From contig OX597830.1 of assembly GCA_951406725.2 (NCBI GenBank), positions 71,548,001-71,612,000 on the forward strand: a stretch of 64,000 bases of DNA, written 5' to 3'. The translations under genes were made by a program, and so were the position numbers. The number at the start of each line of letters is the position of its first letter. Position 1 is the stretch's first letter. The notes beneath the pieces were generated by a model. The model had not been told where the DNA came from. It was given only the letters and a program-made list of their open reading frames with translations, and did no database searches. Positions 1 through 11,265 of the stretch are shown in pieces. The stretch comes from Octopus vulgaris. Its lineage: Eukaryota.

Positions 1-322
1 TTATATACCTCTATTTTTATATAACTATTTATATACAAATGTATAAGTATTTATATACAAATATATATTTAGCTTCTAATTGGAAGGAAGGTTAACAATG
101 TTCTTTACCTATCTCCTTAACATCTTTCAGATTTTAGGCAAAAGTATAGTAACGTGTCCATTTGTTTTAATTTAATTAAATTATATGTCTTTATGCAGCT
201 GAGGATTGCTCTGCATTGATATTGATGTAATGGTTGCATTGTTCAATTAAATGGAGTTGCGTGAAACGATCGTACTGCATTACCACTGGATATCCTTGTT
301 GCATATTTTGATATATGTGTGC

Positions 323-359
<37 letters not shown>

Positions 360-1419
360 TTTGCCTATATGTTAGTATGTGTCTGTGTGTTCATTTTGTG
401 TCTGCTTCGGCAAAGAGACTGATAGAAGTACCAGGCATTGAAAAAAAATAAAAATAATAATAATAATAAGTGCATTACTCGATTCATTCGTCAAAAAAAT
501 TCAAAGCGGTGCCCCATCATGGCCGCAGTCTAATGACTGAAACAAATGAAAGAGATAAAAGTGATAAAATATATGTGTGTGAGTGTGGTTGTTTGTGTGT
601 ACTGATAAACTTATGTTCGTATCTCCATGTACATGTAAATGCATACAAAGACGAGTGATTCTTTACATCCACACATGTCTGTTACCTTTTGATCCACTCA
701 CATCATCTTCCAATCACTGCGCTCGTACAATTAAACAGCCATCTTAGAAACTGATCGAGATCCATTTAATTGCTCTGGATTACATTTATTTTCCAAGATG
801 TACCTAACAATAACTTATGGCTGTAAGTAATACACCATTTGTAATGCAGTATATCGCAATCTCGTCATCAACCATTAGGACAAGAAAATTGCATGAGCTG
901 ACTACTGAAATGCTATTAAAATTTTGGCCAAAGACATTTTAATTATACTACAAGAAACAGATTTTAAAAAATTCAGGAAGAGAAGGGTGGAACAAAGATC
1001 ACTCCCATATATTCCATTTAATGGAATAGTATCAAATTCATTCATTCATCAAGAACTTACTAAAGAGAGACGTTTGTAGTAACAGTACTTATACCATAAG
1101 TTTTGCCCCAGCATGGCCACAGTGATGGGGCTGGAACTGGCAAACATCAAAGAGAATAAAATATATGTTTGAATGTATGGATATGTGTGTATGTGCGTTC
1201 GTGTGTGTGTGTATGTATGTATGTATATATATATTATAATATATTATATATATATGTATATATATATATGTATATATATTTATATATATATATATATGTA
1301 TATATATTTGTACAGTGGCGAGTATGCATGTATTATATATATATATACAAACTAATATGTAAGCATGCATATGTAATATGCATACAAATGTATACAAAAA
1401 GTTTATATACATGCATTTT

Positions 1420-1619
1420 CATATAACTATTTATATCGTTAGCCACTACGCACATTTTTTTCTCTCCTTGTTTCTCTCCTTGTTTTTTCTGTGTCCCTTT
1501 CTGTAGAAGAGCGTAGGCTCGAAACGTAAAAGACTTTTTCTGTTCCTGAGCGTTATATTAATACATCTGTTTGTTTTGTACACCACCTGTCTTCGTCTTT
1601 TGTTTTTTCCGTAAACTCT

Positions 1620-1622
<3 letters not shown>
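1420..1622 (+). mobile_element. Short non-autonomous repeat (Penelope pseudo-LTR-like) carrying a hammerhead-like motif, ending in (TA)n
   Basis: Pyrimidine-rich leader, HHR-like fold at 1497-1532, TTCCTGAGCGT motif, T-rich tail abutting (TA)n. An inverted partial copy of its 3' end is at ~22292-22337, and the 11266-11465 element has the same layout. Confidence 0.6.
1497..1532 (+). ncRNA. Minimal type-I hammerhead ribozyme-like motif (variant core)
   Basis: CTTT-CTGTAGA-A-GAGC gtag GCTC-GAAA-CG-TA-AAAG: stem I CTTT/AAAG, stem II GAGC/GCTC, vestigial stem III. The core is CUGUAGA instead of CUGANGA. Confidence 0.5.
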
Positions 1623-1659
<37 letters not shown>

Positions 1660-1662
1660 CCA

Positions 1663-2513
1663 CAGGGTGATTAAAAAGTAACTCCCTATTTTAAAATACT
1701 CATAATTTATTAACTATAAGTTTTAGAAAAAAATGAATATGTGAAAAAAGCGTATAGCATGGAGTTTATTTAAAATTCGATATAGGCCCCAACATTCGCC
1801 ATCAGCTTCTCAAGCCGCCAGGTAACTGCATCAACTGATTTCATCAGGAACTCTTGTGGGATGGAAGATATAACTTCTTGCATTCGCCTTTGGTCCTTTA
1901 ACCAGCCCCAAAGAAAAAGTCGCTGTGTGTTAAATCAGGGCTTCTGGCTAGTCAATCATGCGGACCTAGACAACTCATCCATCACTCAGGAAAGTAGGCA
2001 TTCAACCATTCAAGAATAACAATAGCAAAATGTGGAGGAGCGTCATCTTGCATAAAATCTTCAATATTCTCCCGAGTACTGATAACTGGCCAAATTTCAT
2101 CTTGCAGCATAGTGAGGTACCTTTCAGCATTCATTTCATTGCAAAGGATGAAAAGACCCACAATCCTGTCTGAAGTCATTCCACACCATACCCTTACCTT
2201 GGGACAATTCTGCATTTTTTCAGAGGTAATACGAGGATTTTCTCCTGCCCAGTAGTGGCAGTTGTGACGGTTCACAAACCCACCGATGTGGAATACTGTT
2301 TCATCACTCCAGAGGATATTTTAAAATCGTCCAGCCCATGTTTGTAGGGCTTCTAAATTTCAAACAAAATATTCGATCTGAAAGAAAAAAAAATCAACAT
2401 AGAATCAATTCTCCCACATTAAAGAACATACACAACAAATTTGAGAAAAAGATTATAGTTTATAAATAAATCATAATTATTGTAATATAGGGAATTAATT
2501 TTCAATCACCATG
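1663..2513 (-). mobile_element. Internally deleted Tc1/mariner element, DD41D (rosa-like) type; transposase pseudogene
   Basis: Imperfect ~35-bp TIRs (CAGGGTGATTAAAAAGTAACTCCCTATT / reverse complement CATGGTGATTGAAAATTAATTCCCTATA). Minus strand reads LWSDETVFHIGGFVNRHNCHYW...FMQDDAPPH...RSPDLTHSDFF, with 41 positions between the 2nd and 3rd D, plus stops and a frameshift. Confidence 0.85.
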
Positions 2514-2552
2514 TATATAGATATATAGATAGATAAACATATACGCACACAC

Positions 2553-2792
<240 letters not shown>

Positions 2793-2794
2793 TG

Positions 2795-3085
2795 TGGAGG
2801 GTTGGCGCCAAACTTTGGCATCGAGAGCTATACTAACTCCTGAACTGTACGTTATTGCATGGTTCCCACCTAGTGTAAGGTCCATGTACAGCAGTAGCTT
2901 GGAATTCAAGGGCCAACACCTGTTTAATATCTTGCCAAAATATCTGACCAATCTGCATGCAGTAGGGGTGGATGCTTTCAAGAAACAACTTGACCACCTG
3001 CTGCCCAAGATCCCAGATGAGCCTCCATGACAACAAGAAACTCAACAGATGGCAGCAATATCGGGTTTCCACTTTCACCAAAAGT
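2795..3085 (+). mobile_element. CR1/L2-group LINE ORF2 C-terminal fragment (old copy)
   Basis: LFNILPKYLTNLHAVGVDAFKKQLDHLLPKIPDEP aligns by eye with [34 protein letters not shown] at 22617. Confidence 0.7.
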
Positions 3086-3371
3086 CAATAACATAAAAAT
3101 GGTCTTTGTAAAAGTGATAGTGCTAGCGACGCGCCTGGATGTCCACAAGCCTTGGGCTGAAATGCATATACGAATAAAAGAGTGTATGAAAGAGAGAGGG
3201 AATTGATTGCAACTTCATTCAGGATCGAGCTCAATGCAAATCGAGCTGTTATGAAGGTAGTGAGGCAGATCAACACAGACTTAATATATACGTTTCCATG
3301 GGACACAAAATACGGTTTATAAAATATAGAAAATATATATAATGAAAATACTTTATATAATGTTTTACATA

Positions 3372-3840
3372 AGCGCAGGCGTGGCTGTGTGGTAAGTAGC
3401 TTGTTTACCAACCACATGGTTCCGGGCTCAGTCCCACTGCATGGTAACTTAGGCAGGTGTCTTCTACTATAACCTCGGGCCGACCAAAGCCTTGTGAGTG
3501 GATTTGATAGACAGAAACTGAAAAAAACCCGTTGTATATATGTATGTATATATATATATGTGTGTGTGTGTATGTGTGTGTGTGTGCGTGTGTGCGTGTG
3601 TGCATGCTTATGTTTGTGTGTGTGTTTATATGTTTTTGGGTTTGTGTTTGTCCCACCAACATCGCTTGACAACCGATGCTGGTGTGTTTACGTCCCCGTG
3701 TCTTAGCGGTTCGGCAAATGGGACCGATAGAATAAGTACTAGGCTTATAAAGACTAATTCCTGGGATAGATTTGCTCGACTAAAAGCGGTGCTCCAGCAT
3801 GGCCGCAGTCAAATGACTGAAACAAGTAAAAGAATAAAAG
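3372..3840 (+). mobile_element. SINE family A (tRNA head + CORE-like domain + LINE-derived tail; octopus OR-type SINE-like), full length
   Basis: A-box-like TGGCTGTGTGG, B-box-like GGCTCAGTCCC, internal (TA)/(TG) tract and CCAGCATGGCCGCAGTCAAATGACTGAAACAAG tail. Many near-identical copies occur in the window. Confidence 0.9.
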
Positions 3841-4995
3841 AATTATATATATATTTTCTTTATATTTTTGTACTCCATGTAAATTTATCTACCTTTATAA
3901 CTCCTCTCTCTCTCTCTATCTTTCTATCTCTTTCTCTGTATATAAACTGCTAGTCAATCTCTGATTTCCAACCCCAGAATATAAGCTGATGCTCAACAAA
4001 TATAGAAACTTTATGAGGCACAACTGAGGACCACGGTGTAGTTTTGTGCACACCTCTAGGATGACGATGCTGTCATTTTACTTTACAGACTTTTAAGTTC
4101 ACATGCCAAAATCTACCATCAATCTGACTGCCATAAAAATCAATCACATGCACCTTCCGATATCCGTCCCATAGACGCACCATTTGATCTCTGTTTTTAT
4201 TTTACCGACAAAATCCTGTTCGCTGCTGCTCCACTCAGGCATTCACTATATTCGTCACTTCTCCAATTCATAAATATTTTATGATCTTCCTTCCGGACAC
4301 AGCGTTCATCACTATCACCTGCCCTTTCTCCGTAGAACGTCGTCTCTCTCTGGAATATCTTTGCTGCACATTCATTCTGTAGGTGATGACTTGTCCAGTC
4401 GCAGGAATATTAACGGCACTGGTCTCGTCTGTCTTGCAGGTCTTGTGAAGAACAAGGGCATTGCTATATCATTTATATATGGCTAATCAAGAGATAAATA
4501 TATTTGACATTTATATAAACTAATTTTTCGTATATGTCGTATATGCATGTTAGATATATATGACTTTTATTAGAAAATATATCATGTGTATTAGTTATAT
4601 ATGCATGTATATATATATATTTAGACACATACATAAATATATACACACACATATATATTTTCTTATATATGTATTCTTAGTCCATTGGTGATATCTTGAA
4701 ACTGCTTAATTTTCCCTGATGTTTCGCTTTTCACAAAATGTTATGTTGAGACTTAAAAGTTCGCCTTAGAACTCAATATAAAGATGGTTCAGAAGAAAGA
4801 ACTCGAGAAGTTCATCAGATAATTTCTCATTCACCGAATTTCTTGTACAGAAACAAGTAGGATTAGCTGTATAGTTAGATCATGGTTCCGGGTTCGGTGT
4901 CATTGCGGGGCTCCTTGGACAAGTGTCTTTTTTCTATAGCCTCGAGCCGATTAAAGTCTTGTAAATGGATTCGGTAGGCGGAACTTATATATATG

Positions 4996-5091
<96 letters not shown>

Positions 5092-5504
5092 GAGAGAAAT
5101 GTTTGTGTGTGTGGTTTTCTTTCTTGCAGTTAGTCCTCATCACTTGAAAACAAGTTCTGGTTTGTTTATGTCCTTGTAAACTCGCTGTAGTACAAAACGA
5201 CATAGCACGTTCATTCACAATACAAAAGAAGACAAAGAAAAAGCATGCTACAGAGTAGATATGATATAATCAACTAAAACGTTTGTAGGCAGTGCTCCAG
5301 CTTGGCCGCAGTCCTATGATTGAAAGACCTAGACAAAGTAAAAAGAAGGGATATAAGTACAGGTGCACTCTAGTCACAGCAGGTTTTATGTCGGCGGGTG
5401 AGGAGCTATTCAAATGTCTTCATGTATCTTCGTGTGAGACTGAAAATTTCTAGGCCCTTCTCTTCCTCTTCCTTCTGTTTCTCCTTTAACCCACCTCTCT
5501 TTCT

Positions 5505-5507
5505 GTA

Positions 5508-5579
<72 letters not shown>

Positions 5580-5650
5580 ATCTACCTACCTACCTATCTA
5601 TCTATCTATCTACCTATCTATCTATCTACCTCTATCTATCTATCTATCTA

Positions 5651-5684
<34 letters not shown>

Positions 5685-5701
5685 CCTGCCTACATACCTA
5701 C

Positions 5702-5771
<70 letters not shown>

Positions 5772-5772
5772 C
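5505..5772. repeat. (TATC)n microsatellite
   Basis: Read directly from the sequence. Confidence 0.95.
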
Positions 5773-5974
5773 TAATCACACACACACACACACAAGCACG
5801 CATATACACACACGTGTATGCGCTGTTATGCATTGTGTTATCACTGGAAATGAAAAGGAGTCTGTCTGTTTCTGAGGGAGTATTTGGGGAACAATAAATT
5901 TTGGGGCAGGTATTGTGATAACAGTTGGGCCAGATCAACGTCTGATTATTTGGTGCATGTTCCCGCATATATAT

Positions 5975-6306
5975 TATTTTATTTCTTTCAGTCATTTGAC
6001 TGCGGCCATGCTAGAGTAACGCCTTTAAGGGTTTCACTCGAAGAAATCGATCCCAATGCTTAATCTTTGTACGCGAAATACTTATTTTATCGTTCTCTTT
6101 TGCTATGTTACAGGGACCTAAGCACACCAGCATCGATTGTTTAGTGAACACAAACACACATAAATATATACATATATACGTACATACATATACACACACT
6201 CATATACGACAGGTTTCTTTCAGTTTCCGTCTAACAAATCCAGTCACAGGGTTTTGGCCGGCTCAAGGCTATAATAGAAGACACTTGTCCAAGGTACCAT
6301 GCAGTC
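5975..6306 (-). mobile_element. SINE family A, diverged and 5'-truncated
   Basis: Reverse complement of the family A tail and middle. Confidence 0.8.
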
Positions 6307-6401
6307 ACGCTTGTGTATGTATATATACACGTGTGAGTGTGTGTGTGTGTGTGTGCACGCGTGTGTGTTTACGTGTGTATATGTGTGTTATGTCATATAT
6401 A

Positions 6402-7632
6402 CAGGGGTTGGATAAAATAATGGAAATACCTTAAAATTTCAACAAATTAATTTTAATATGGGGTAGGACCGCCTTTGGCAGTAATTGCAGCTTGAATTCT
6501 ACGAGGTACGAAGTTTGAATTGTTTCCAAAGGAATTTTTGGAATTCTTCAGTTAAAACAGTCTCCAGTTCTTGTAGTGATGCTGGTAGAGGATATCGACT
6601 CCTTACTTGTTTTTCTAAAATGCACAATAACTGTTCAATAATATTGAGATCTGGGGACTGTGGTGGCCAGATAAAATCTTCAACTTCACTAGAATGTTTC
6701 TCGTGCCACTCAGTAACAACTTTAGCTGTGTGAATTGGTGCATTATCATCCTGAAAGATTGGGTTTCCCTCCGGAAACAGTTCCGGAATCATAGGATGAA
6801 TTTGATCAGATAAAATGCTTAAGTAGTCTTGACTATTAATTCTGCCATGAAGGGAAACCTTTGGGCCGGCGGATTTCCAAGATATAGCACCCCAGTTGGA
6901 AGAAGGCAGTCTGGGTCAAATGCTTCTTTTTGGGTGTCTTCACACGTAAACTTGGCCGGTGGTCGGAAATAAGGTAAAGGATGAGTCGTCCGAGAAAAAA
7001 AAAAACATTCTTCCACTGCTCTAGGGACCAATTTTGTAGGATTTTACCCCACTCTAAACGCTTTGCAACGTCTGTTTTTGAAAGTAGTGGTTTTCTGATT
7101 GCATCTCTCCCATGAAATCGGCTTCGTGCAGCTCCCGACGAACAGATTTTGTGAAAACTTGGTTCTCGAGATGGTCATTAAGCTCTGCAGTAATTTTGGG
7201 AGCTGTACTTTTGTGATCCTTTCTAACAATTCGCGTAAGTATCCGACGGTCCCTATCTGAAAGTTTTGATTTTCTTTCTGAGTTTTGTTTCGACGAGGAG
7301 GTTTTCCCCTCTTTCTCAAAGGCTGTCATTACTTTCGAGATATTACTTCTTGATACCCCAAGCATTTCGGCTCTTCGTTACGCTAGCGCTTGCCATACGA
7401 GCACCAACAATTTAACCTCTTTGAAATACCAATAGATCTGTCATTTTAATGAATTCTAATTACCTTTTTCTGATGATATCTGGAAAGAAACAACAATTTT
7501 AGCAAAGTATTAAGCAACACTTACAATAAATAAAAAAAACATAAAAATAATGAAGCTTTTGATGGTTTTATAGATATTTGAAAATTATGATGCTATGATG
7601 CTAGGTGTTTCCATTATTTTGTCCACCCCCTG
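6402..7632 (-). mobile_element. Tc1-family DNA transposon with DD36E spacing (Incomer-like); full-length size, transposase frameshifted
   Basis: 30-bp TIRs CAGGGGTTGGATAAAATAATGGAAATACCT / CAGGGGGTGGACAAAATAATGGAAACACCT, with TA at both ends (6400-01, 7633-34). Minus-strand pieces include an HTH region (7054-7365), FSDDSSFTLFPT and FQDDNAPIH...WPPQSPDLNIIE (36 aa between D and E). Confidence 0.92.
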
Positions 7633-7633
7633 T

Positions 7634-7684
<51 letters not shown>

Positions 7685-7734
7685 TATGTGTCTGTGTGTG
7701 TGTCTGTCTATCTATCTATCTATCTGTCTATCTG

Positions 7735-7806
<72 letters not shown>

Positions 7807-8069
7807 CCATCTGTGTGTGAGTGTGTGTTTGTTTTTGTGTTTCTATATTTGTGTCTCTTTTTGTCCGTTGGAAGAAGCTTGCTTCCCAACCACATGATTA
7901 CGGGTTCAGTCCCACTGTGTAGAACCTTGGATAATGCAACTGTAACATCTTACATATATTTTTAGATTCATTTTTTTATTTTTATTCCCTTATTTCCCTC
8001 TATATTTCCTTTATCCATCCCTTTCCAAAATAACACCTTATGTTGAACTCTACTATTTTCCTTCATATC

Positions 8070-8117
8070 GTCTCTGATGAAGGGATATCCCTAATATCCC
8101 AGAAACAGCTGTAAGAC
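8070..8117 (+). ncRNA. Minimal type-I hammerhead ribozyme motif
   Basis: GTCT-CTGATGA-A-GGGATAT cccta ATATCCC-A-GAAA-CAGCTG-TA-AGAC: canonical core, 7-bp stem II, palindromic stem III, GUA cleavage triplet. Confidence 0.65.
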
Positions 8118-8217
8118 TACCTGTCTCCTTATAAATTCCACACAGCCTTGGTTTTCTTGTCACATTTTATTTAACACGCACAAGCGCACGCGCACACACA
8201 CCTACTCTTTTCTCTTA

Positions 8218-8423
8218 TACTTGTTTCAGTCATTTGACTGCGGCCATGCTGGAGCACCGGCTTTAGTCGAGCAAATCAACCTCAGGACTTATTCTTTGAA
8301 AGGCTAGTACTTATTCTATCGGTCTCTTTTGCCGAATAAGTACAAAGAATAAATCCTGGGGTCGATTTGCTCGACTAAAGGCGGTGCTCCAGCATGGCCA
8401 CAATCAAATGACTGAAACAAGTA
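8218..8423. repeat. Fold-back inverted repeat made of two SINE-A tails
   Basis: 8218-8298 is the near reverse complement of 8343-8423. Confidence 0.9.
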
Positions 8424-8512
8424 AACGAATATATATATGCTTGTGTGTGTGTGTGTGTGTGTATACGGTGGTGCTCCAGCATGAACACAGCCGCAGAGCT
8501 GAAACGAGTAAA

Positions 8513-8568
<56 letters not shown>

Positions 8569-9050
8569 AGAAAGAAGAGAGAGAAATTATTTAAAAAGTT
8601 AAGTTATTGGGATGAGACCATTCTGGAGCATCACACATGAACTTTAGTATTTAAATTTCAAGTTTGCTACTTATTTTATCGATGTTATATTTGTCGAAGT
8701 GCTAAACTTCGCTTTTTGATAATACGTAGGTCAATGTACTCTAAGCGTCACCACTTTCTTAAACACAAAGAAAGTGACACCTGAAATTAATGGAAATTCT
8801 CTATATTTACTGATATTTTTAATGCTTCTTATTGCTTTATATCTAACAATACCAGTTGTGCGTGTACATCGTGTGTGCGGATGCGCTTGGGTGTTTGTGT
8901 GGTGCATTTCTAAATTGAATTACCTGTCAATTAATTTGTGCTTACCGTGTATGCCTGTATGATTATAAAGCTTTGTGTAGGTATTTTGTTAATCTTTTTT
9001 ACATATTGCCAGAGTTTATAATTATACCGATACATACATAAAAACGGAGG

Positions 9051-9098
<48 letters not shown>

Positions 9099-9101
<3 letters not shown>

Positions 9102-9356
9102 CGCAGGAGTGGCTGTGTGGTAAGGTGGTAAGTAGCTTGCTAATCAACCACATGGTTCCGGGTTCAGTCCCACTGCGTGGCATATTGGGCAAGTGTATTC
9201 TGCTATAGCCCCGGGCCGACCAATGCTTTGTGAGTGGACTTGGTAGACGAAAACTGAAAGAAGCCTGTCGTATATGTGTGTATGTGTTTGTTTGTCTGTA
9301 TTTGTACCCCTAGCATTGCTTGACAACCGATGCTGGTGTGTTTACGTCGCGTCACT
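9099..9356 (+). mobile_element. SINE family A, 5' half
   Basis: AGGCGCAGGAGTGGCTGTGTGG head through GGTGTGTTTACGTC. Confidence 0.9.
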
Positions 9357-9370
9357 ATACATATATACAT

Positions 9371-9574
9371 ACTCTTTGCTCTTTACTCATTTACTTGTTT
9401 CAGTCATTTGACTGCGGCGATGCTGGAGCACCGCCTTTAGTCGAGCAGATCGACGCCAGGACTTATTCTTTGTAAGCCTAGTACTTATTCTATCGGTCTC
9501 TTTTGCCGAACCACTAAGTTACGGGGACGTAAGCACACCAGTATCGGTTGTCATGCGATGTTGGGAGGACACAG

Positions 9575-9621
<47 letters not shown>

Positions 9622-9753
9622 CGATGCGCTTCTTTCAGTTTCCGTCTACCAAATCCACTCACAAGTATTTGGTCGGCTCGAGGTTATAGTAGAAGACACT
9701 TGCCCAAGATGCCATACAGTAGGCAAGCTACTTACCACACAACCACTCCTGCG

Positions 9754-9756
<3 letters not shown>
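9371..9756 (-). mobile_element. SINE family A, near full length, inverted relative to 9099-9356
   Basis: Reverse complement of the family A sequence with a short deletion in the head. Confidence 0.9.
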
Positions 9757-9806
<50 letters not shown>

Positions 9807-10363
9807 CTGTAGATAATCTGCAGGTGCGTCTGTTGTTGTGCATGCATATGTTTGTATAAAAATATGCGTATTCATGTCTGACTGACTGCGTCCATATTAC
9901 TATAGACCTTTGCGCAGACATTTGTGCGCATGTGTCTAATTGTGTTTTCAGAAAGATGAGAAAAATAACTAAAATAAAACGGGGTGGTGGCGGGAATGAC
10001 TGTCGTTATCAATTAATTGTTCTCCCCTAAATGACAGTTTTTTTTTTTTTCCTTTATTTGGTGGGCGAGTCGGTGGGTGGATTTCCTTGCAAATTGAGTT
10101 GTGGTTGTGGTTGTTTGCCTCCGGGTTATCCTTGATTTAGAGGATCTGTAATAAAACGTTTGCTTTCCAACCGTCACCATCCGTTCTTCTGTATATCACG
10201 GCACACGTTTTTTAACTTATATATTTACAAGTGATTCACATGTAAGTTGTGTATGTATGTATGCATTTATGTATGTATGTATGTATGTATGTATGCATGC
10301 AGGTTTATCTCTGTGTGTCTGTGGTCCTATTATGCATTTATGTAGTCCTATATTCGCGTAAAT

Positions 10364-10550
10364 GTGGAGGTGCGTGGCTTAGTGGTTAGGGTGTCAGCAC
10401 CATGATCGTAAGATTTTGTTTTCGATTCCTGGACCGAGCGACGCGTTGTGTTCTTGAACAAAACACTTCATTTCACGTTGCTCCAGTCCACTCAGCTGGC
10501 AAAAATGAGTAACGCTCAGTCTAATGGCTGAAACAAGTAAAAGAATAAAA
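10364..10550 (+). mobile_element. SINE family B head + CORE-like domain joined to a SINE-A-type tail
   Basis: 10364-10516 matches the 12571 copy, then switches to CAGTCTAATGGCTGAAACAAGTAAAAGAAT. Confidence 0.75.
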
Positions 10551-10617
10551 TAATATAATGTGCACACGCGCGTGTGTGTGTGAGAGAGAGAGAGAGTGTG
10601 TGTGTGTTTGTGTGTTT

Positions 10618-10649
<32 letters not shown>

Positions 10650-10651
<2 letters not shown>

Positions 10652-11130
10652 AAGGCTAGAAATGGGAGTGATGGTTTCCCTTCGCCAATACTAATCAGAC
10701 ACAGACAGTGTATTGTTAGCCAGCTGGAGGAAATGTGTTCTTGGGTCTATGAACAACAGTAGCATCGTCCCCTATGGTACCGCCACACTTAAGTGGAAAA
10801 TATACTTCCCGATTCCGTGCTGCTACTGTTTACTTCTCGATCAGTGATTTGATATTGCCTGTTTCTCATTTTTTCGAGATCAGCGACAGTTTGTCACTGG
10901 AAAAAGTATATAGCTGGTGACTATTACACACTGATGACGAGTTAATACCCGGAAACTCGGGTCTGTGTGTATCACGTAAGGGAATGATGGGAACGATGAT
11001 TTCCTTTCGGAAATACTAATCAGACACAGAGAAAGTGTCGTTAGCCAGCTGGAGGAGATGTCTTCTTTGGGCTATAAATAACAGCAGCATCGAACCCTAT
11101 GGGACCGTCACATTTAGGTGGCAAATATAC
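10650..11130 (+). mobile_element. Partial tandem (~1.45 x ~325 bp) non-coding element with an internal hammerhead (retrozyme / Penelope pLTR-like)
   Basis: 10650-10805 is repeated at 10976-11130 (AATACTAATCAGACACAGA at 10687 and 11012). The HHR at 10926-10968 lies just before the junction, and (GT)n flanks both sides. Confidence 0.7.
10926..10968 (+). ncRNA. Minimal type-I hammerhead ribozyme motif
   Basis: ACACA-CTGATGA-CGAGT taat ACCCG-GAAA-CTCGGG-TC-TGTGT: stem I ACACA/TGTGT, canonical core, GUC cleavage triplet, one mismatch in stem II. Confidence 0.7.
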
Positions 11131-11136
11131 GTCACG

Positions 11137-11214
<78 letters not shown>

Positions 11215-11265
11215 CTCTTTGGACTTACGACACTTTTGCATAATAGCGACAATATATATATATAT

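Noticed and set aside
4715-4822. Minus-strand CTGATGA...GCGAAAC hammerhead-like pair
   Set aside because: About 90 nt separate the motifs and I could not form convincing stems I and II.
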